From NCBI GenBank assembly GCA_020050775.1, contig JAGVKC010000079.1, positions 1 through 24,332 on the forward strand: a stretch of 24,332 bases of DNA. The letters run 5' to 3'. Below are positions 1-6,072 of the stretch, one piece after another (position 1 is the first letter of the stretch; each line of letters begins with the position of its first letter). The DNA is from Minisyncoccota bacterium (lineage in GTDB: Bacteria; Patescibacteriota; Minisyncoccia; Phycocordibacterales; SBAW01). Under the pieces are notes generated by a model that worked only from the letters and a program-made list of their open reading frames with translations, was not told where the DNA came from and ran no database searches. Both the position numbers and the translations under genes were made by a program.

Positions 1-13
1 AGCGTTTCTTCAT
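1..13 (-). CDS. 5' end of a gene running off the window (MKKR...), product unknown
   Basis: ATG at 13-11, with a TATACT -10-like hexamer (25-20) 6 nt upstream. Only 4 codons are visible. Confidence 0.3.
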
Positions 14-20
14 ACGCAAA

Positions 21-92
21 GTATACCCCGTGAGATAGAGAACTGCGGACACCGTTATTGAAACAGTGTGAGTATCTAACGGGGTATACCCC
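21..92. repeat. Inverted-repeat stem-loop downstream of mnmA
   Basis: Perfect 11-bp inverted repeat GTATACCCCGT (21-31) / ACGGGGTATAC (79-89). Inner pairs AGATA/TATCT and ACAC/GTGT. The right arm overlaps the 12-bp palindrome GGGGTATACCCC (81-92). Confidence 0.6.
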
Positions 93-96
93 TGTA

Positions 97-1173
97 TTAG
101 GAAATCAGAGTGCTTTTCTCCACAATACCGCCACCCAAGCACTGCTCATTTCGGTACATCACAAGCGACTGCCCTTCTGGAACATAGTGCGGCGTTAAAA
201 GTCGCACCTCATTAGTTGAAAGTATTTCTGCTTCAATAAGTTCCTGCCGATATCTAAAACGCGCCTTGGCTTTTCCAGGAAAAAACGCGCCTATCCAGTT
301 TTCTTCAGTGAGTGTTATAGATGTCAGAGATCCATGTTTCGGAAACTTGTCAGCAGAGACTGTCACAGTATTAAATTCTTTATCCTTAGCAATTACGTAG
401 TGCGGCACCGAAGACGAATTCTTTTGCGTAAGCGTAAACCCATGTCTTTGCCCAAGTGTATATAACACAGCACCGTCGTGAGTGCCTATAGCTTCTCCCT
501 TTTCATTGAGGACCTCCCCTGGGGTGGGCTTAAGTTCTGTGTGCAGCATCTCATCTATAGAAAGATCTCCTAGGAAGCATAGGCCTTGGCTGTCTTTACG
601 TTCTGCGTTAGGTAGTGCAAATTTTTTTGCCAAGACGCGCACCTGAGTTTTTTCTAGACCACCCACAGGAAACCGAACGCTAGAAAGTGCAGTCTCTGGT
701 ACTGCCCATAAAAAATAACTTTGATCTTTTTGTGGATCCTTGCCTGCGTAAAGATGTGTTTCAGTACCCTTTTCGCGCACCTGCGCGTAGTGGCCTGTTG
801 CTACGACATCTGCTCCTTCATCCATTGCGAACTGATAGAAATATCCAAATTTTATTTCTCGATTACACAGTGCGTCTGGGTTAGGTGTTCTACCCTTAGC
901 GTATTCTTTCATTGTTTCCGCGAATACAAAATCTTTGTAATGAAACGAAAGATCAATTTCGTAGAACGGAATTTTTAAGTGAGCCGCAACACGCATTGCG
1001 TCTACTTTGTCATTACCTGCACTGCAGGGGTATCCAGGAAGTGCGATACGGATAAAAACGCCAACCACGTCGTAGCCTTCTTTTTGCAGCAATGCGGCAG
1101 ACACAGCAGAATCCACACCGCCGGAGAGCCCTACGATTGCACGCTTGCCTTTTGGCGTTTGTGGCGACCACAT
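97..1173 (-). CDS. mnmA: tRNA-specific 2-thiouridylase MnmA
   Basis: PP-loop SGGVDS, TPNPDALCNREIKFG, ATGHYA, KDQSYFL, KDSQGLCF and YTLGQRHG motifs; 358 aa. Confidence 0.97.
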   Translation of the reverse strand: MWSPQTPKGKRAIVGLSGGVDSAVSAALLQKEGYDVVGVFIRIALPGYPCSAGNDKVDAMRVAAHLKIPFYEIDLSFHYKDFVFAETMKEYAKGRTPNPDALCNREIKFGYFYQFAMDEGADVVATGHYAQVREKGTETHLYAGKDPQKDQSYFLWAVPETALSSVRFPVGGLEKTQVRVLAKKFALPNAERKDSQGLCFLGDLSIDEMLHTELKPTPGEVLNEKGEAIGTHDGAVLYTLGQRHGFTLTQKNSSSVPHYVIAKDKEFNTVTVSADKFPKHGSLTSITLTEENWIGAFFPGKAKARFRYRQELIEAEILSTNEVRLLTPHYVPEGQSLVMYRNEQCLGGGIVEKSTLIS

Positions 1174-1211
1174 ACAACGAGACTAACGTCCCGAAGGTAT
1201 TTAGTCGAGAG

Positions 1212-2141
1212 CTAGAATGACTGGCCTAGCTCTGTAAAAAAGACTTGAGTTACAAGAAGATCTGAGGTTGCCATCAGCATAAGAATAAGAACAGACGCAA
1301 CTATTCCTACTACGCCGAAGAAGATGAACCATCCTCTACTTGTAGTTCCTGCGTCGGCAGCGAGTGTACGAGTTGCTTTCAGATGCGTGAGAACAATATA
1401 CGAGAGAGCAAGGAATGCTGGGGTTATGAGAATACTTGAAACAAAGTTAAAAAACTCCACTGGTATTTGTATAAGCCACGGCGCCTGCGGTAGAAGTAAG
1501 TAGATTGCAAGAGATGGCAGGCCCACAACTACAACTGCTGCCAGCAGCCACCATAGTAAAACAACGCAGACTCCGTACAGGCTGCGCGTAAAGACATGCC
1601 AAAACCGGCCGCGAATATACTCGCGCGATTTAACAACTGCGCTGAGTCCTCGTTCGTTATCGGTGTAGAGAAGATACGGTGCGAATGCGCACATGACAAA
1701 AAGATAAATACCAGGAAGGATGAAAAGAATCAGTCCTCCAAATGCTACTGTTGTATATACAGTGTAGAGCCACACCAAAGGCCAGAAAAGTTTCAAACCT
1801 CTGTGCAGAGCTTCTCTAAAAGAGACATGTTCGCCGACCACCACTGCAGTCATTGCGCTGTAGCCCCAGATACCGAAAAATATGCTGCCTATCACAATAG
1901 CTGCACTGACGAACGTTATACCTACAATACTTGCAACGAAATTTTGTGAGAGCATCCAGTCGCTACCAGCAAGAACCAACATGCCGGTAAGGGCTATCTG
2001 CCCAAAAAGTGCGACGAGTGCAAAAAGAGCGGATACCGAAAGAATTTCTTTAGCATTACGCGTAAAGTGTTCCTTTGCTTGCGCCCAAATCTCTTTGCCG
2101 TACGGGAGCTGCTGCTCGTCTCCGTATGTTGAGTGTGTCAT
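1212..2141 (-). CDS. Multi-pass membrane protein (GPDPase-membrane-anchor/DUF975-like)
   Basis: 309 aa with about 6-7 hydrophobic segments. The pattern LFILPGIYLFVMCAFAPYLL...GLSAVVKSREYIRGRFW is typical of this membrane family. Family assignment is by recognition only. Confidence 0.7.
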   Translation of the reverse strand: MTHSTYGDEQQLPYGKEIWAQAKEHFTRNAKEILSVSALFALVALFGQIALTGMLVLAGSDWMLSQNFVASIVGITFVSAAIVIGSIFFGIWGYSAMTAVVVGEHVSFREALHRGLKLFWPLVWLYTVYTTVAFGGLILFILPGIYLFVMCAFAPYLLYTDNERGLSAVVKSREYIRGRFWHVFTRSLYGVCVVLLWWLLAAVVVVGLPSLAIYLLLPQAPWLIQIPVEFFNFVSSILITPAFLALSYIVLTHLKATRTLAADAGTTSRGWFIFFGVVGIVASVLILMLMATSDLLVTQVFFTELGQSF

Positions 2142-2203
2142 GCGTTAACTATGTCAAAACCAGGCCTAAATACAATACACTATACACACTACGCACTACG
2201 CAA

Positions 2204-3214
2204 TTAGTCGAGGTATTGAGCCCTGTAGCGCAAATGCTGCGCATACGTAGTACTGAAATAAAAATTTCCATTACGATCCGAAAGAAAGAATACGTAATTG
2301 CTCTTTATAGGCTCTAGTGCAGCGCGAATAGAGTCAATCCCTGGGTTTCCGATAGCGCCAGGTGGAAGACCTTTGTTGGTATAGGTGTTATATGGATTAT
2401 CCGTAGTAAGGTCCTCGCGTGTTACTTGAAATGTGTTGCGCCCTAGATAGTACGGAAATGTAGCATCAGTCTGAAGAGGCATACCTACTGCAATGCGGCG
2501 CCACAGTACCCCTGCAATACGTCTGCGATCCTCCATTTTCCATGCTTCTTTTTCAAGAATCGAAGCCATGATAACTGCGTCACTAAGAGTAATGCTGGAA
2601 GAAGCGATAAGCGGCTGTAATTCTTTAATTTTTGCTTCGAAATTGTCGGTAAGCATGTCTATCACAACATCAGGGTCTTCGGCTGGATAAATAAAATAAG
2701 TATCTGGGAATAGGTACCCTTCTTTTTCTTGAGCTAAACGCACAAAGGTTTCAGTATCAAAATAAGGAATTTTTTTTTCAAGTGTTTCCGCCATTTGTTT
2801 GACCGTTACGCCCTCTGGGAAGGTAACGCGTACCGGCGTGAGTTCATAATCCCCTGTGGCCACACGCTGTGCCACCCGAAGAACCGTTTGAGGTCCCTCG
2901 AAGAAATATTCTCCTGCAACAGCGCTGCGATCGTTGCCATAGATACGGCTTGCTGCAACGAACATAATAGGCCAGCGAATAATGCCTTCTTTCTGGAGAA
3001 TCTCGGCTACCTCCCACACCGTCTTGCCTTCATCGATACGCACGTAGGATGCGGTTGGAAATTCAAGCGGGGCAGCAAACGTAAGAAAATATATAAGAAA
3101 GGCTAAAATGCCACCGAGAAATGCCGAGGGCAATACGCGATCGTACATGCGACACTCTACGCACCAGTCGTCACACACCGCTGTTGAGCGAAAGATATGT
3201 TTCTTTTCCGACAT
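2204..3214 (-). CDS. mltG: Endolytic peptidoglycan transglycosylase MltG (YceG family)
   Basis: N-terminal TM helix, VTFPEG, EGYLFPDTY, catalytic ASILEKEA, LQTDAT and NPYNTYTNKGLPPGAIGNPG. The ATG overlaps the upstream stop (TAATG at 3216-3212). Confidence 0.95.
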   Translation of the reverse strand: MSEKKHIFRSTAVCDDWCVECRMYDRVLPSAFLGGILAFLIYFLTFAAPLEFPTASYVRIDEGKTVWEVAEILQKEGIIRWPIMFVAASRIYGNDRSAVAGEYFFEGPQTVLRVAQRVATGDYELTPVRVTFPEGVTVKQMAETLEKKIPYFDTETFVRLAQEKEGYLFPDTYFIYPAEDPDVVIDMLTDNFEAKIKELQPLIASSSITLSDAVIMASILEKEAWKMEDRRRIAGVLWRRIAVGMPLQTDATFPYYLGRNTFQVTREDLTTDNPYNTYTNKGLPPGAIGNPGIDSIRAALEPIKSNYVFFLSDRNGNFYFSTTYAQHLRYRAQYLD

Positions 3215-4578
3215 TAGGTTGGAAGATTGATTGGAGCTTCTGCGCGACGTGTCGGAACACGATCGAGAGCCGGAGTTTTAACAGCAGAACCTGGGAAGTG
3301 CCAGAGTGTCGCGAGCTCTTCAGTCGTCATACACACAGGTTTTTGATCATACGGAACATAGAAATATGCGCGATTCTTGTAGCGGAAAAAAAGCCTGCGG
3401 CGTTCCCTTTTATGCCGTATTTCGAAAAGATCCTGCCATGGGTAATCGAATATGGCGTGTCCGCGCGTAACTCCTAGCCCGTTATAGCCAGGCGATTTAA
3501 AAGGAGCGAAGAGCAAAATCATCCCTGGAATATTTATGCCGTTGAATGTGTCGTGTTTTGCAAGGTAGACAGCTCGTATGCCGCATTCAAATACTAATTT
3601 TCCAAGCGAGCGCTCGATGGCTTCGATTTTCTTTTTTTCGCCTTCAGTGAGCCGTCCTTCTGTAGAATTTTCCTCATCTTCAGCATTGCGAAGCGCTTTA
3701 GAGCGCTTTGCGGCAGTAGCCATAATGTCATTCATCGCCTCTTTTGCAGAATCTGCATACCGATCTCCGCCTTTGTAAAAACCGAACCACTCGTCTTTTT
3801 TACGCGCCTTCATAACTATCTGAATCCAGAAATATTCGTCTTTACCCACAGTTCCCAAAAGCTCAAAAATATTCGTTAGAGGATCGATCTGGATTTCTGG
3901 CTTGTCCGTGCTTTCGTTGAGCCCATAATCAATATAAGACTTGATGGGGAGCGCATGAGGCTCGCTCTTTTCGTATTCTGTTCCCCAAAGATTGTATTCG
4001 TCCAAGTTAAATGGAATTTTTGCTGCATAGTCTGGCACTTCGGTAACACGGGCTTCTGGGTACTGACCATAGATGCGTGCTTCGATTTGGTTTTTGAATC
4101 CTTTACGTAAATGAATGTAGTAGCCGATGCGTCCTTCATTGCTGGCTATTTCTAAGGTCCAGATAGGCCGAAACTTGCCCTCCCAAATGCGCGCTATGAA
4201 CGTCGTTTCCCCGCCCGCGTTGTGCATAGCAGTAAGAATAAGTTCCATGGCAAGGGGTGATTTTTCGATTTCTGCAGGTAACTGTATTTCGAGCACGGTG
4301 TATTCTTGTGCGAACCAGAACGAATACCGAATGTAGTGCATCCACGTTATCCAGAAAAACTTTGCTAGAAACACCGGGAGCCATATGGGTGACAGGCCAA
4401 TAAGTGCGGCAACAACTCCGGAGACTGCATCTGGATCATTATTCATTGCAACAAAAAGCATGCCGATCATAGTAAGCGGCATAACAACGACAGGTTCAAG
4501 ACCCCACTTTTTTATGTAGTCCGCCCACTCGTGGGCACCGTGGTATGAAAGAATATTAGACGACGAATGTCCGGCCAT
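3214..4578 (-). CDS. Conserved CPR-type membrane-anchored hypothetical protein (DUF8128-like)
   Basis: 454 aa with two N-terminal TM segments and then a large soluble domain (VLEIQLPAEIEKSPLAME, EIASNEGRIGYYI, IYGQYPEARVTEVPDY, EELATLWHFP). From recollection it resembles the region found N-terminal to VirD4/TrwB-like ATPases in CPR genomes. No Walker motif is present here. Confidence 0.7.
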   Translation of the reverse strand: MAGHSSSNILSYHGAHEWADYIKKWGLEPVVVMPLTMIGMLFVAMNNDPDAVSGVVAALIGLSPIWLPVFLAKFFWITWMHYIRYSFWFAQEYTVLEIQLPAEIEKSPLAMELILTAMHNAGGETTFIARIWEGKFRPIWTLEIASNEGRIGYYIHLRKGFKNQIEARIYGQYPEARVTEVPDYAAKIPFNLDEYNLWGTEYEKSEPHALPIKSYIDYGLNESTDKPEIQIDPLTNIFELLGTVGKDEYFWIQIVMKARKKDEWFGFYKGGDRYADSAKEAMNDIMATAAKRSKALRNAEDEENSTEGRLTEGEKKKIEAIERSLGKLVFECGIRAVYLAKHDTFNGINIPGMILLFAPFKSPGYNGLGVTRGHAIFDYPWQDLFEIRHKRERRRLFFRYKNRAYFYVPYDQKPVCMTTEELATLWHFPGSAVKTPALDRVPTRRAEAPINLPT

Positions 4579-4605
4579 ACGTGATACTATAAGTATACAA
4601 TACGT

Positions 4606-4848
4606 ATGGGAGACTTAGTCGCGAGCCTCATGTCTGACCCTTATTTCTACTTTGCCGGAGCAATGAGCATTGCTGGCGCCATAGCATTCATAATTTTCTT
4701 ATGGGGCGTTATGGATTACGTATATTCGCACGGTAATGAAGAAGAAAAAGAGCATGGGCGCACGAACATGCTCTGGGGCACTGTGTGGCTGGTGCTTATT
4801 TTTGTAATGTGGGAGTTCGTACGCTTTGTTGCTGGAGTATTCAACTAA
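4606..4848 (+). CDS. Small two-helix membrane protein, TrbC/VirB2-type (T4SS pilin-like)
   Basis: 80 aa. The pattern FIIFLWGVMDYVYSHGNEEEKEHGRTNMLWGTVWLVLIFVMWEFV (hydrophobic helix, SxGxEE..E.G loop, hydrophobic helix) matches CPR pilin-like proteins. A terminator follows immediately. Confidence 0.7.
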   Translation: MGDLVASLMSDPYFYFAGAMSIAGAIAFIIFLWGVMDYVYSHGNEEEKEHGRTNMLWGTVWLVLIFVMWEFVRFVAGVFN

Positions 4849-4874
4849 AAAACCGCCCCTAGGGGCGGTTTTTT
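4847..4874. terminator. Bidirectional intrinsic terminator
   Basis: Perfect 28-bp palindrome AAAAAACCGCCCCTAGGGGCGGTTTTTT between convergent genes, giving a GC stem plus U-tract on both strands. Confidence 0.85.
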
Positions 4875-4932
4875 GTAGTCTAGCGAAGCGAGTGAACAAA
4901 ATTGCTTTTGATTCCGAGCGAGCGACGACTAT
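4875..4932. repeat. Short intergenic GCGAAGCG/CGAGCGAGCG element with imperfect terminal inverted repeat
   Basis: GTAGTC...GACTAT ends enclose GCGAAGCGAG, AACAAAAT and CGAGCGAGCG. The words GAGCAAAAT and GCGAAGCG recur in the atpE-atpF gap (~22400-22421). Confidence 0.35.
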
Positions 4933-4956
4933 ATAAAATTCTTTATTGAGAATTTT

Positions 4957-6000
4957 CTATTTGACGAGAGAGAATTTGCCGTCGCGGGCGCGTTTGAAGT
5001 ATTTCTGATTCTGCAGGTTCACCACGATGGTACCTGGCTTTACATGGCGCTCTTTGAGTACCTTTTCGATAATCTCGTCTTTGTTCATTGGGCCATGTTT
5101 GCGTAGTGCTTCGCGTACAACGTCGCGCACAACGCCCTGAGTGTATCCCTACTCCTTAAGTGCGTACATGCCGCGGCCAACAAGCACAAAGCGGTTGTCC
5201 TTAATGAGTTCGTTATGCGTAGTAGCTACGTGCGCTTTGCGTTCAAACATTTTTTCGATAAGGTTTGCGACTTCTTTGAAGTGCAGTGGTGAGCCATGAT
5301 TTTTAACTGCGAGGTATGCGAAGTCGCGGATGCCCTTGGTTTTTACATTCGGGGACGCAGACTGACCCCATTCGCCAAGCGGGTTTTTGCCTATTGATTT
5401 AGAAATTGAAAGCCAGCGCTTGAGAACTTCCTGGTTGCGATGCTTGTCGTTTATATTCTGGAGTTCTTTTAGAAAACGATCGATCATCTCTCCTTCCGGG
5501 ATAAGTTCTTCGTCTGAAAGACCTTCATAGAGGCCCTTAAGTGCAGTTTCTACTTTGCCTGCGAGTTCTGCATCGACATACCAGCAACGCTGCGCTTCGT
5601 CGTCTTCTTTGCGGTATTTAAACGGATCACCAAGTACAAGAAGGAAGTAGATGTGGTTCTGCATCGACTTATCTTTGGTCATAAAATTAAGAAGGTCATC
5701 TTCGCAGACGATGCCTCCAAGAGAATCAATGATGCGTTCAAGCTCGTCGAACGCTGCATGTGCCTGTCCAAATGCGGGAGACTTTTTAAGTGCTCCAAGA
5801 GCATGGTTTTCGATTTGGCGGACACGCTCGCGGGTGATGCTATAGCGCTTACCAATGGCCTCTAGAGTCACCTTTTCAGTGCTAGAACCAAGGCCAAAAC
5901 GCGCCTCTATAACAGTGCGAGAACGCTCAGGAAGCGCCGAAAGGAGGCGCTTTACGATTACTTTCGGTTTAAACCCAGTTTTGTCCGCTGTCTGTACCAT
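4957..6000 (-). CDS. Sigma-70 region-4 HTH plus tandem winged-helix (HARE-HTH/RpoE-delta-like) protein, interrupted by an in-frame TAG at 5151-5149
   Basis: N-terminal sigma r4 motif (ARFGL...TLEAIGKRYSITRERVRQIE). After YALKE-TAG the same frame continues 63 codons (GYTQGVVRDVVREALRKHGPMNKDEIIEKVLKERHVKPGTIVVNLQNQKYFKRARDGKFSLVK) to TAG at 4959-4957, encoding a second winged helix. Start at 6000 is supported by promoter position. Confidence 0.8.
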
Positions 6001-6014
6001 ATGTTGTGTTGTGT

Positions 6015-6053
6015 AATATATCACACCTTAAACCTCGGGTCAAACCTTGTCAA
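6015..6053 (-). promoter_or_regulatory. Two tandem sigma70-type promoters for the sigma-r4/wHTH gene
   Basis: TTGACC(6043-6038)-N17-TATATT(6020-6015) and TTGACA(6053-6048)-N17-TAAGGT(6030-6025), offset by 10 bp. Confidence 0.55.
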
Positions 6054-6072
6054 ATCAAGGGAATACTGGGAT

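Noticed and set aside
21-89. Invertible promoter (phase-variation switch) bounded by the 11-bp inverted repeat
   Set aside because: Neither orientation places a plausible -35 hexamer 16-18 bp from the TATACT box, and no recombinase is visible in the window.
2171-2203. Degenerate 7-mer tandem repeat (TACACTA/TACACAC/TACGCAC) between mltG and the downstream gene
   Set aside because: Only 4-5 imperfect units with no spacers. It is low-complexity intergenic sequence, not a CRISPR array or a meaningful VNTR.
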